Shown: positions 1 through 12,478, counted from the first letter of the stretch. The stretch: 64,000 nucleotides of DNA from Octopus sinensis (GCF_006345805.1 NC_043022.1:17484001-17548000), one strand, 5' to 3'. The notes: generated by a model from the letters alone, not told the origin. Program-made: numbers and translations.

Positions 1-57
1 CCTGGTTTCATACCCTTAATTGCTTTATCTACCAGGTAGCTGTCTATTCAGATAGTA
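1..57 (-). mobile_element. RTE-type LINE RT fragment, truncated at the window edge
   Basis: Reverse strand reads IDSYLVDKAIKGMKPG, matching the RTE copy at ~8630-8690. Confidence 0.7.
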
Positions 58-311
58 CTTGTTGAAATCAAATTAAACAAATTGGAGGAAACTAAAAAAA
101 AAATTTTTTTTTCCATTTTTTTGTGCATTTTTCAGTAGAACAGATTTTGAATTTAACATTAGTTACATTGGAAACCTTACTTTATGTTCACTACAGCCAT
201 GTTACATATATCACATGACAGGAAATGCATCAAGTTCCTGATAAACATGAAATTTTCTATATTTCAATCAAAATAACAGTATGAACAAACCCTTCTCGTT
301 CTTTCTCTCAC

Positions 312-315
312 TATA

Positions 316-354
<39 letters not shown>

Positions 355-500
355 CATCATCATTTAACAACCATTTTCCATGCTAACATGGGTTGGACAG
401 TTTGAGAGGAGCTGGCTAGGCAGAAGACTGCACCGGCTTCACTAGTAAGAAAGACAAACAGACAGACAGATATGTATGTATGTATATATGCATGCATGCA
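312..500. repeat. (TA)n, a minus-strand RTE 3'-tail fragment, and (GACA)n/(ATGT)n microsatellites
   Basis: Visible simple repeats and the tail motif ttccatgctaacatgggttgga. Confidence 0.8.
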
Positions 501-827
501 TGTCTATCCAGTTGGTTATCTTGGAACCAAAGAGATATGTAGATTATGACAAAGACTTCTTGGAAGCTCAATAAATATTTCCACTTACCATTCTGGACCT
601 AACTTCATTGTTTCTGCCATTTTTCTTGCTTCTGAAAAATCAAAAGGAAATAGAAAAATTCAGGATTAAAATTTGTTTTTTCTTGTATTTAGAAAATTTA
701 GTGTTGAGTCATACAATGTTTAACAAAATTGTTCAGACAAGATCCTTTACAACCAGAAGTTTTAATCAACCGACAGATGATACTGCCTATGGAACTAATA
801 TAAAAAAGAAAATAAAACTGTCAGTTA

Positions 828-1110
828 CGATGACAACTCTTCCAGTTGAGCCAATAAACAAAAGAGCCTACTTGTGCAATTAACATGCAGGCACCTCAGA
901 CACACGCCTTTAATGTAGTTGTCAAGGAGATCCAGCATGACACAGAATGTGACAAAGCTGGTCCTTTCAAATCCAGGTACCACTTCTTTTTGCCAGTTGA
1001 GTAGACTAGAGCAATGTGAAAATAAAGTGTCTTCTTCAAGGACACAACATGCCCCCATGACCTTACAATCATGAGCCAAATACCCTAACTACTCAACCAC
1101 ACACCTTCAC
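828..1110 (-). mobile_element. tRNA-derived SINE, family A
   Basis: Reverse complement starts gaaggtgtgtggttgagtagttagggt and contains tgtgtccttgaagaagacactt. Homologous to 49802-50108. Confidence 0.8.
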
Positions 1111-1649
1111 ATGGAACTTGTTAACAGCCACTTTAAATATGCCTAATCATGTACAAACACAAAAGGAAAAGCCTGCACTTATATTAACATATCAATGATA
1201 TCTACACAATATTCCTAGTAACAGTTTCACATCATCTTTCTGAACGATAAGTGTTTTATACCTCAAACAGACTGAGTTATTCCTCCTAACTATTACTTCA
1301 CTACAAGTGTGATCCTGCCGTTTCATATCATCATCATCATCATCATGGTTGTTTCTCAGGTTCCACTGCTAAAATAGGCATCACCATTACTTTTTCCTCA
1401 CTTAATTCAAGTACCCCGTATCTCGAGTTTAGGCCTTGTAATGACAGCATTGTTATTCCCAGCTTGCATCATACAGTTTCTCTTCTGGTGTTGAAGTATT
1501 ATTCTTTTTATACATCTCCTGATCTGTGGATTAGGAGTTAAACCAAAAGTGCATGGATCTAATGTTACAAGAAACCAGAAAGACATGCTGACATCACCAT
1601 AAGAAGATTAGTATCACTGAATAATAACTGGCTTAAAATGACAAACTTT

Positions 1650-1860
1650 CCTTGCCAGAAAAAGAATACTTTATCCCATTTTAATTGCTTAGATCATCAG
1701 GTGATGTAGCACCGTTTTTGTAAGGAATGAAGCCAATTTCCAGTTGCCAAGAATAAAGATTATTGGAGTGAAATTTGGGAGTGTTGAGCAATAATAACAG
1801 TAACTTCAAAGTTTTGGCCAGCTTCATCTTCAAAGGACTGTAATACATTTGAGTTCATCT
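1650..1860 (-). mobile_element. Very decayed Tc1/mariner-superfamily transposase fragment (rosa/DD41D-like)
   Basis: Reverse strand gives SFEDEAGQNFEV and, in another frame, NGATS, resembling the FFEDE..G..TV and QQDGATSH motifs. Confidence 0.35.
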
Positions 1861-1884
1861 TGACTTCATAAAGTCTCTGGTAAG

Positions 1885-2621
1885 TTTAATTAATGGGCTA
1901 CCATTGTGTACTCTGTCTATCAAGGGCCTCACAACTTTCTCCAATACAACGGTATAGGTAACGTCATTGACTCTTAAGCCCCGTGTAAAACAGTGAGGAG
2001 GCATGACATCTTACTCATTGCTAAAGACTCCTAGAACCATCACAGTTGCTAGGAACTCAGTATAAATGACTGCTGGAACTTCATTCGGGTCTCTGCAGTT
2101 TAGCTTTTAGGTCCTGATTGAAATTTTTCTTATTGGAGAAAAACCAAAGCATCCCAGCCACTTGATGTTTGAACTTGTTTTTGCGTGTCCAGCATAAACT
2201 GACCCTTCTGAATCACATACAACTTGTCTCTGATGTCTTCATGCACAACTCTTCTGATGGTGCATTCTGAAACCTTTGCAATGACTGATTGAGAGTCTGA
2301 GGTTTTTATAAATTATTTCTTGGGCATTTTGTACAAAGTTATGTGTTCTGAAGGAATTAGTACCCTTTGCATGCATTTTGCATTTAGCTGCTGATGTTGG
2401 ATCCCAGTCAGCAGCTTCCAGCTCCTTTCGAACTTTGACAATGAAGGATCATGCAACTTTCAGGAAGTGAGCTATCTCTCTATCTCTATGCTACACTTTT
2501 TAAGACAATGCTGAGTCAACCTGATGCCTGACATTATCTGAAAAGTAAGCTAAAGAAAAACAAAGTTGGAAGAAAGTTAGAGCTCTTGAAAGAGGTGGCC
2601 TCAAAAAACTGATGCACTCTA
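1885..2621 (-). mobile_element. Decayed Tc1/mariner-superfamily (DD37D/maT-like) DNA transposon
   Basis: Reverse-strand pieces: KVSECTIRRVVHEDIR, WFFS.KKNFNQD, TVMVLGVFSNE*DVMPPHCFTRGLRVN...VLEKVVRP. Contains stops and frameshifts, and ends at a TA run. Confidence 0.75.
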
Positions 2622-2761
2622 TATATATACACATATATATTATATACATATATATATATATATATACATATTCATATATACATGTTCATATATATATATA
2701 TATAGACACACATGCATACACATTCATATATATATATTTATATATATATATATATATATAT

Positions 2762-2996
2762 ATCATCGTCATCATTTAGCGTCCGCTTTCCATGCTAGCA
2801 TGGGTTGGACGGTTCAACTGGGGTCTGTGAAGCCAAAAGGTTGCATCAGGCCCAGTCTGATCTGGCAGTGTTCCTACGGCTGGATGCCCTTCCTAACGCC
2901 AACCACTCCGTGAGTGTAGTGGGTGCTTTTTATGTGCCACCCGCACAGGTGCCAGACAGAGCTGGCAAACGGTCACAGAGGGATGGTGCTTTTTAC

Positions 2997-3029
<33 letters not shown>

Positions 3030-3262
3030 CATCGTCATCATTTAGCGTCCGCTTTCCATGCTAGCATGGGTTGGACGGTTCAACTGGGGTCTGTGAAGCC
3101 AAAAGGTTGCATCAGGCCCAGTCTGATCTGGCAGTGTTCCTACGGCTGGATGCCCTTCCTAACGCCAACCACTCCGTGAGTGTAGTGGGTGCTTTTTATG
3201 TGCCACCCGCACAGGTGCCAGACAGAGCTGGCAAACGGTCACAGAGGGATGGTGCTTTTTAC

Positions 3263-3266
<4 letters not shown>
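2762..3266 (-). repeat. Tandem duplication (266-bp period) of an RTE 3'-tail copy, with the copies separated by (TA)n
   Basis: Two apparently identical ~240-bp copies. The ORF track gives the same peptide at 2805 and 3071. Confidence 0.9.
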
Positions 3267-3299
<33 letters not shown>

Positions 3300-3311
3300 T
3301 GCATACACATA

Positions 3312-3575
3312 CATCATCATCATTGTTTAACATCCGCTTTCCATGCAGGCATGGGTTGGACAATTTGACTGGGGACTGGCGAACCAGATGGCTGCGCCAG
3401 GCTCCAATCTGATCTGGCAGAGTTTCTACAGCTGGATGCCCTTCTTAACGCCAACCACTCCGAGAGTGTAGTGGATACTTTTACGTGCCACCAGCACAAG
3501 GGCCTGTTAGACAGTACTGGCAATGGCCACACTCAACTGGTGTTTTTTATGTGCCACCTGCACACAAGCCAGTCC
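3312..3575 (-). mobile_element. RTE LINE 3'-end copy
   Basis: (CAT)n tail, ttccatgcaggcatgggttgg, ggatgcccttcttaacgccaaccact. Confidence 0.8.
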
Positions 3576-3999
3576 ATTACAACAATCTTATTCAGGCTAA
3601 TGCTGAGTCCAAATATCTTGCAGGCTGCAGAAATATGATCCATGAGGATATGCATCGGTTCCGTTCTATGAGCAACTAAGTTGCAATCATCCACACACGG
3701 GAGTCATGAAAAAGAGAGTGAAAAAACTTTCAAAGTGGCAGTAAATTGGTATAAATTAAAAAGAAAACTAGAAGATTGGTTCCTCACATCTATCCCAGAA
3801 GAGCACTCACAGCACAAGCATGAGTTAGAGCAGCAGCAAAATCTCTCTACAGGAATGGGTCCAACGATGCCATCACCAACACTGACCCATGTCAATTATG
3901 AATAGAAAATGACCTAAACAACCAAGTTTGCCAAGTATTTTTCAGAGAAACCCTATTCACAATCAAAAAAAAAATCTGGACAAGATCCATATTTTGCTT

Positions 4000-4540
4000 A
4001 TAACACATCTCTTGCATCTGTCTTGCTGTGAAAATCATATCTCTTGTTCCTCTATCAAAATGGAAGCCACACTGAGATTCAGATGCAATATCATTTACAA
4101 GGTGCTATTCAGAAGGCTAAGAAGAATACTTGCCAGAAGTTGACTAGAACAATACCTCTACAGTTGCCACATTTTATTCTGACTCTCTTTCCTTTATAGA
4201 GAGGAAAAATAATTGCATCCTTCCAGTCCTTGGGGACAGCATTACTCCTCCATACTACACTAAGCTCATGAAGCTCCTGTGTAATATGACCAATGCCAAA
4301 GTCCAAGATCTCAGGGCAAATTCCATCTTTACCAGGTGCTTTACCAAGATACATCTTCCTTATTGCTGTTACCACCTTGTCTATTGCAGGTGCAGAGTTC
4401 AAGGAGGTGATGAGATGTCTTTGCAGTGACAATTACAGCATCATCGACAACTGTCTCATGATTTAGAAGTTCAGAAAAGTGTTCAATACAGTGACTTGTG
4501 ATTTCTGTTATTTAGTAAGAAGGATAGAGGACATTTGTCC
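4000..4540 (-). mobile_element. RTE/BovB-like LINE reverse-transcriptase fragment
   Basis: ORF 4109-4432: AIRKMYLGKAPGKDGICPEIL...VPKDWKDAIIFPLYKGK...CGNCRGI (RT domains 0-1). Confidence 0.85.
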
Positions 4541-4709
4541 TAAGCTGTTTTGACTATTTCTCCTAATTATGGTAGCTACAGTATAAAATAGTGGAACTCA
4601 AGGCAATCTTGAGTTCCACTATTTTAAAGCCTAACAAAGAAGACAGGCTCAATACAACAGATTAGCTCCTGGGAAAGACTCAAGAGGTTAAGACTTTACT
4701 CCCTGAAAT

Positions 4710-5150
4710 GAAGACAGAGAAGATATGCTGTAATATACATCTGGAAGATCTTGGAATGACTTATTCCAAACTTTAGCATAGAAAATTATACTAACATCAG
4801 AACAGTACCATTCCATAGTGTCAAAGATCCCATCCTTGCTATGAAAATAGAGGACCAAATATTGAAATAGTTTGAGATTCAAGAGCTCTCAGCTCTTCAA
4901 TATCTTCCCAAAGGACCTGAGAGCCCTACATAAGATGAATTTAGATATCTTCAAAACAAAACTAGATCTCCTGCTGTCAAGATTCCCAGATAAACCAACT
5001 TCACAGCAGGGAGCACAAATGAGGACAGCAGCATTAAATGTTCTCATTCACCAACTGCCAACTATGAAAGGATTAATGAAGCTGTAGTAACACATACCGG
5101 AGGTGCTCCAGTATGGCCACGGCTCTAAAACTGAAACTAGTAAAAAGAGT
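4710..5150 (+). mobile_element. CR1-like LINE 3' end (ORF2 C-terminus plus tail)
   Basis: QLFNIFPKDLR...DIFKTKLDLLLSRFPDKP resembles the CR1 ORF2 C-terminus. The tail is ggtgctccagtatggccac...ctgaaactagtaaaaaga. Confidence 0.7.
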
Positions 5151-5669
5151 ATACCCATATACACAAACACACACACACACACATATAGGTATCTGTATAC
5201 ATATAGACATATACATATAGCAGCTGTTGACTTGTAAAGGAGTATGACCATCACTACTGACAAGTTATCTTTTCCTCAATGTTAAAGATAATGGGATGTC
5301 AGCAATGTCTATGCCAAAATTTGAAGTAATAACAACTTGCACAACACCTCTAGGACTCTCACCTACAAAGTCATGTTGTCCAGAAACAAAATCTCAGGCT
5401 TTGCAATGAGGTAGGTGTTATTTCAGAATTTTCCTCCCATAGAGAGGGATGTCTAAACAAAGACTAGAGGTCACTCATTCCCAGATGATGGAGAGCCATA
5501 GACCCTACTGAATTTGTCAATCCTTTGACACATTTTCTTTTCATTTTGCAAAATATCCAACCAAAACCACCTTACTTAACAGTGTATTTGTTGACCAATA
5601 TGCCAATTATGGTATTATGGTTCTGAAGATTTGATTGAACAAAAAACTAAGAATAAATTTCTCAGTTTA

Positions 5670-7000
5670 TCAATGCAGAAGACATGCATAGACTGGAGAG
5701 AAATGAAAGTATGCTCTGTTGGATGTGTGACATCAGTGCGCATATACAACAAAGTGCAAATATATTGAGAGAAAAGTTGGGCATAAGAGTAACCAAATGT
5801 AGCATGCAAGAGAGAAGACAACGTTGGTTTGGACATGTGATGTGTATGAATGAGGACAGCTGCATAAAAAAGAGCTAATCACTGAATGTGGATGGTACCC
5901 GTGGAAGAGGGAAACCTAGGAAGACATGGGATGAAGTGGTGAGAACCAATCTCAGCATGTTGGGCGTCACGGAGGAAATTACAATGGACTGAGATGCCTG
6001 GCAATATGAGGTTCTTGAGAAGACCTGTTCATGTCAGCAAAACCGAGTTCTAGAAGTGCTGTGTGTCCCATCCACACTTAATAGGAAAAGTTCTCACACA
6101 CCCTACGACAACAAACATTTCTTCCTCACATTTCATCCTTCATACACTATACCTACCTCTCACTTCCCAATCCTGTCCTCAAGGCCATTTCTCTGTATCA
6201 TTGCTATGTGGTAGAGCCCCTCCCACTCTATATATACCCAGGCTTTTGTCACTCACTTTTCAGTCCCCCTCTACACTATCTAATCACGCTTCTTTCACAA
6301 TATCCTGCCACTTATATTATGACATTTGAACCTCAAGGGTATGGCCTGGCACTTGCCACCATTTATATCTCTCTCTTCCTTTACTCAACCATCCCATTTA
6401 TATTCTGATCCCCATTCCTTGAGAGTATGCTTGGCACTTTGCCACCATCTCTATCCTGCTGTCTCCCACTCTCTCTCTCTCTCTCCTTTGCCTTCTCTTC
6501 CATCAAGCTGGTAACCATGAATCTCCTTTGTAGCGGCATATGTGTTTTTGTCTTCATTCTTGATCTCTCTCCCCCACCTTGTACCTCTTCTACAGTAAGA
6601 CACCTGTCTCTGTCACACAATAACCTTTAATCATCTGACACAAGATCACCTCATCCAATGTCTCCTCCCTTCTCAAAAGAACTTTTTATCTCGCAAGTTA
6701 CCTCGGTGACCCTGTCAGAGCAGGTGTCACTTAAAACATCTAGTCCACACTGAAAAGTGGTTGGCATTTGGAAGGGCATCCAGCTGTAAAAACCCTGCCA
6801 AAACTGACCTCGCCTGTACTTGTGCCACATAAAATGCACTAAGTCTATTCTGCTAAGTGGTTGGTGATAGGAAGGGTATCCAGCTGTAAAAGTCCAGCCA
6901 AAACAGTCACAGACGTCTGGTGCATGCTTCCGCCAGACCAGCTCCTATCAAACCATCCCACCCATGCCAGCATGGAAGATGGTCATTAGATGATGATGAT
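5670..7000 (+). mobile_element. 5'-truncated RTE LINE (ORF C-terminus, CT-rich 3'UTR, (GAT)n tail)
   Basis: RLERNESMLCWMC...LREKLGIR...ERRQRWFGHV, RGRGKPRKTW. The tail ends agatgatgatgat. Confidence 0.85.
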
Positions 7001-7085
7001 ATATGCATACATATAGATATGTGCACATGTATGTAGAAATATATACATACAGATATGTATACACACACACACACACATATATATA

Positions 7086-7923
7086 TACTAGGTCTGATCA
7101 AGTATCTGGACAGGTGCTATAAAAACAAACCTACAATGCATACCAATTTGGCAATTAATCTCCTTCGGAAGCCACACACTTAATCCACCAGTTTCCATTG
7201 ATGGAAGCATTCCTGAAACTTGTTTTCTGCGATAATCAGTAGCAGCCTCGTCGCATTCACTTTGATTTCTTGACGTTCTGAAATCTTCTTCCTTTCAAGC
7301 AGGATTTGATTTTTGGAAAGAGAAACCAGTCGCAAGGGGCAAGATCTGGGGAAATATGGTGGCTGCTGGACTTGAGGAATGCTGTGCCTAGCCAAACACT
7401 GCTGCACAAGCTGCACTGAATAGGCAGGTGCGTTGTCAGCTGAAAGCAGTTTTGGCAAAAACTTGGCATATACACGTTGCATACCTAAATCTTCAGTGAT
7501 AATGGACTGAACCGAACCGTAATGAATCAACTCACAGATGGTGATTTGACAATTTCCCCTCACAGATGCATGCACATCTGCAATGTTTTTCTCAATTCAT
7601 TTGGTTGTGGGTCTCCCAGAACATTCATGAATATCGACATCTTTTCAGCTGATACACTTTCTGCAATCTTGCGTAGGCTTGTGAGTAGGTACCACCAAGC
7701 TTTTGGCAAAATTTGATGCAGGTTCATGGTCAATGCGAGAATCATACGCTACACACATTCCTTCCAAGTACTACTGTTAACAGCAGAAGTGAGCTAGAAT
7801 GTTAAAACTTAGTGCGCATGTACAGCAGAGTTCTAAGTGAATCTATGCCAAGCAGCTTCACTATGCGTGCTTGAGCTTCGTTACTATAGCAATAGTCCAG
7901 ATACTTACTAATCAGACCACGTA
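7086..7923 (-). mobile_element. Internally deleted mariner (DD34D) transposon with both TIRs
   Basis: DNAPAYS...PPY/SPDLAPCDWFLFPKIKSCLKGRRF. Imperfect TIRs tactaggtctgatcaagtatctggac and gtccagatacttactaatcagaccacgta, flanked by TA. Confidence 0.9.
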
Positions 7924-7977
7924 TATGTATAGAGTGTTTGAAGTGGTGTACAGATATTGTATACTGAGAAAAAGAAA

Positions 7978-8099
7978 GCAGTCAGAATTTTGGATAATTC
8001 TTTATTAGCACTTTCATTTGTTTTTCAAACTCATCAAGACAAAATCTTGAATTTGAAAAATGAACAAAAGCGCTAAGAATTATCCAAAATTTTGACTGC
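7978..8099. repeat. Imperfect ~120-bp hairpin (MITE-like)
   Basis: gcagtcagaattttggataattctt (7978-8002) pairs with aagaattatccaaaattttgactgc (8075-8099) at 24/25. Inner arms tttttcaaa/tttgaaaaa and tcaaga/tcttga also pair. Confidence 0.75.
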
Positions 8100-8319
8100 C
8101 TCTTGTTTGAAAAACATATATATATTGTTGAAGCCTTCGTATAACTCAAAGCCTTCAATGAAACAGAAGGGACATAGCATCACATAATGTGGAAGACAAC
8201 TACAGGTTTCTACAGGACAACCTGCTGAGAGCCACTGACCAGATCTGTGGATGGTGCAAAGTCCCCTCTCGACCCAAGGTAACGTGGTGACAGGGCTATT
8301 AGACAAAAGAAACAGGCTT

Positions 8320-10772
8320 GGAAGGACTGGAAGAACAGAGGTAGTAGGGAATTGTATCAGACTACCAGAAGGGAAGCAGATAAGAAAATATTTGCCAATG
8401 TTCTGTGCAGTGAGGAACAAAGACTTGAAGTATTTTGTGTTGCAAGACAGTGTGTGAGAGAGAATCGTGATGCCATAGGAGAGAAATGTGTCCATATGGA
8501 TGATGGTTCACTTGCACTAAACGAGACTGCAGAGAGAGAGGTTTGGAAGATGCCATTATGAAAGGTTGCTCAATAAAAAGAATGAATGGGAGAAAGAGAG
8601 TCTGCTAAATGTCAACCCCACAGAGGAATCAGCTATCTGAATTGACAGTACCTTGGTAGATAAAGCAATCAAGAGTATGAAGGCAGGGAAAGCCCCTGGC
8701 CCATCAGGAATCACTGCAGAGATGCTCAAAATATCTGGCAGTGTTGGCTGTAGCCTAGTCACCCGTATAGTTAACCAGGTGATACACGAAGGAGTCATAC
8801 CCAATGACTGGTGTAGCAGCATAATTGTCAACTGCTACAAAGGTAAAGGTGACCCCCTAGATACAAATAATTATAGAGGTATCAAACTGTTGGATCAGGT
8901 AATGAAGGTCACGGAGAGGGTCATAGCCAAACTAATTAGAGGGAGAGTCAATTTAGATGAGATGCAGTTTGGGTTCGTGCCAGGGAAAAGCACCACTGAT
9001 GCTATATTTCTGGTTAAGACAGCTGCAGGAGAAATACCTAGCCAAAGATAAACATCTGTACCTCGCTTTCATTGACATGGAGAAAGCCTTTGACAGGGTC
9101 CCCGATCCCTTATCTGGTGGTCAATGAGGAAACTAGGGATAGATGAATGGTTAGTGAGAACTGTGTAAGCCATGTACAGGGACAGCATCAGTAAGGTGAG
9201 GGTTGGCAACGAGTACAGTGAAGAATTCCAGGTAGAGGAACACCAAGGTTCAGTCCTCAGCCCCCTCCTATTTATCATAGTTCTTCAGGCAATAACAGAG
9301 GAATTCAAAACAGGATGCCCCTGGGAGCTCGTCTATGCTGATGACATTGCTCTAATTGCGGAGTCACTATCAGAACTAGAGGAGAAGTTTCAGGTGTGGA
9401 AGCAAGGATTAGAATTGAAGGGCCTTAGAGTCAACCTAGCTAAAACCAAAGTCCTAATAAGTAGGAAGGCAGGCAAACCACAAATCTCTTCAGGTAGATG
9501 GCCCTGCTCGATCTGTAGAAGAGGTGTAGGTAGAAACTCTATAAGATGTACCCAGTGTAAGCTATGGACACATAAGAGGTGCAGCAATATCAAAGGAAGG
9601 CTAACTGGGAAGATAGCTTTTGTATGTGGCAGATGCTCGGGTGCAATAAACACTGACAATGCGCAGAGAACAACTTCCGCCACATTCCAGGGAGAAAAAC
9701 TAGAAGTAGTTGATAGCTTCCATTACCTAGGTGACCAAGTCAGAAGTGGGGGGTGGATGCTCTGAGAGTGTAGGTACTAGAATAAGAATAGGCTGGACAA
9801 AGTTCAGAGAGCCGCTACCTCTGCTGGTGACAAAGGGCCTGTTGCTCAGAGTGAAAGGTAGACTGTATGATGCCTGTGTGCGAACAGCCATACTACACAG
9901 CAGTGAAACATGGGCCATGATTGCTGAGGACATGCGTAAGCTCGCAAGGAATGAAGCCAGTATGTTCCGATGGATGTGTAATGTCAGTGTACATACTTGA
10001 CAGAGTGTAATTACCTTGAGAGAAAAGTTAGACCTAAGAAGCATCAGATGTGGTGTGCAAGAGAGACAATTGCACTGGTATGATCATGTGGCGAGAATGT
10101 ATGAAGATAGCTGTGTGAAAAAGTGCCACACCCTAGCGATGGAAGAGGTAGACCCAGGAAAATCTGGGACAAGGTGGTGAAGCACATCCTTCGAACATTA
10201 GGCCTCACCAAGGCAATGACAGGTGACTGAGACCTTTGGAAATATGCTATGCGTGAGAAGACCCAGCAGGACAAGTGAGACCATAACCCATGGTCTTTAC
10301 CAATGATGTAGCCAGCCACCTTATGCATACCTTTCCTTCTTTGGACACAAAAGTCTGCTCGTGAAGACCTGTTGAAGCAAATAAAATCGAAATTTAACCA
10401 AATTCGATGACTGGCACCCATGCCAACCTTCCTTCATTGGACACTAAACTCTGCTTGCGAAGACCTGTTGGGGCAAGTGAAATCGAAATTGAGCCAAATT
10501 CGATGACTGGCACCAGTGATTCCGCCCCATCTGAGTAGAATCACTGCCAGAGCAACTCTCTGGCTTCCGTGCCGGTGGCACATAAAAAGCACCATTTGGG
10601 CGTGATCATTACCAGCGTCGCCTTACTGGCACTTGTGCCATCAGCACGTGAACAAAACATTCGAGCGAGGTAATTGCCAGTGTCGCTGGACTGACTCCTA
10701 TGCAGGTGACACGTAAAAAGCACTATTTGGACATGGCTATTGCCAGTACCACCAAACTGGCCCTCGAGCCGG
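8320..10772 (+). mobile_element. Large 5'-truncated RTE-type LINE with a disrupted RT ORF, an internal PHD-like finger and a tandem-repeat 3'UTR
   Basis: ORF pieces 8653-9051, 9172-9765 and 9731-10000: GKAPGPSGI, NYRGIKLL, QFGFVPGKSTTDAIF, HQGSVLSPLLF, LVYADD, FHYLG. Frameshifts and stops are present. Confidence 0.95.
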
Positions 10773-10774
10773 AA

Positions 10775-11115
10775 TCTGTTTTCTGAGTATCTGTGGTGTC
10801 TATTGCCCATGTGCATCTGTCGCACATGAAAGCTATCTTCTCAATTAATTTTCCTCTGATGTTGCTGCACCTCTTATGTGTCCATAGCTTACACTGGGTA
10901 CATCTTATGGAGTTTCTACATACACCTTTTCTACAGATCGAGCAGGGCCACCTACCTGAGGGGGGGGGGGGTGATGTGGTGGTTCAGTAAACTATGTGAC
11001 ATCTAACTTTGGCCTTTGCTACATTTACTCTAAGGACTTTTGATTCTAAACCTAGCTTCCACACCCGAAATTTCTTTTCTAATTCTGGTAGTGATTCTGC
11101 TATGAGGGCCAGGTG
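10775..11115 (-). mobile_element. RTE RT fragment (PHD-like region)
   Basis: Reverse strand reads GRWPCSICRKGVCRNSIRCTQCKLWTHKRC. Confidence 0.85.
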
Positions 11116-11721
11116 TTAATTGTGAAATTTTGAAAGGACCTATGTTTATTTAGCTTAAAGTTAGCGGTAGATCCCTACAGGTAAAAACTAATAGTGTATC
11201 AGAAGAGTATCAGATGTAAACACCAATTAAATATCAAAGCATGTTGAAGAACAGTTGAGATAAATGGGCCGTGGTGGTTCAGTAAGCTATGTGACATCTA
11301 TGGCCTTGGTCCATCTACTGTTTGTGATATGTAAATGGGACAAAATAGTGAAATTTTATGCAGTGATTTGAAAAAGTAAATGACCATCAGAAAAACTATG
11401 GAAGACAGTAGGAGTACTGATTATGATCAAGTGATAATGGAATGATTTCAATAACATTAGAATGATGGAAGGGATTACAGCAGGTTAGAACAGGATAAGT
11501 TGTTTCATAAAATTAGAATATGAGCTTCACTTGTTAAGGTTATGTCTACAGATATTCTATAGAAACTAAAGCCGGTAGTGATTTTGTTACATTTTGTATC
11601 TGTAAACAAGATTGAAGATGAAAAATGGATAATGGGCATGTAATGAAATATGGTGACCCTGCAGGTCACTAATAGAACATGAATGTGCTTCAAGAATAAA
11701 CGTGTAGAGAAAAGCAGTCTG

Positions 11722-11939
11722 TATATTATATATACATACATACATATATATATATATATACACACACACATATATATATATACATATATATATACATATA
11801 CACACACATATATATATATACATACATATATATATACATATATATACATATATATATACATACATATATATATACAAATACATACATATATATATACAAA
11901 TACATACATATATATATACATATATATATATATACACAC

Positions 11940-11984
<45 letters not shown>

Positions 11985-12423
11985 CACACATATATATATA
12001 CACACATATATATACATATACATACACATATATATATACATACACATATATATATACATACATACACATATATATATATACATACACATATATATATATA
12101 TACATACACATATATATATATACATACATACACATATATATATATACATACACATATATATATACACATATATATATACACATATATATATATACATATA
12201 TATATACATATATATATATACATACATATATATATACATATATATATACATATATATATACATACATATATACATACATATATATATATACATACATATA
12301 TATATATACATACATATATATATATACACATATATACATATATACATACATACATATATACATACATACATATATATATATATACATACATATATATATA
12401 TATATATTATATATACACATATA

Positions 12424-12478
<55 letters not shown>

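Noticed and set aside
8320-10280. Potentially active reverse transcriptase gene
   Set aside because: The element is 5'-truncated (no endonuclease) with several frameshifts and in-frame stops.
10560-10772. Recurrent gccggtggcacgtaaaa motif with variable intervening sequence (CRISPR-like spacing; also 12827-13040 and 60712-60805)
   Set aside because: These are diverged tandem units of the LINE 3'UTR. The intervening sequences are related and recur in other copies.
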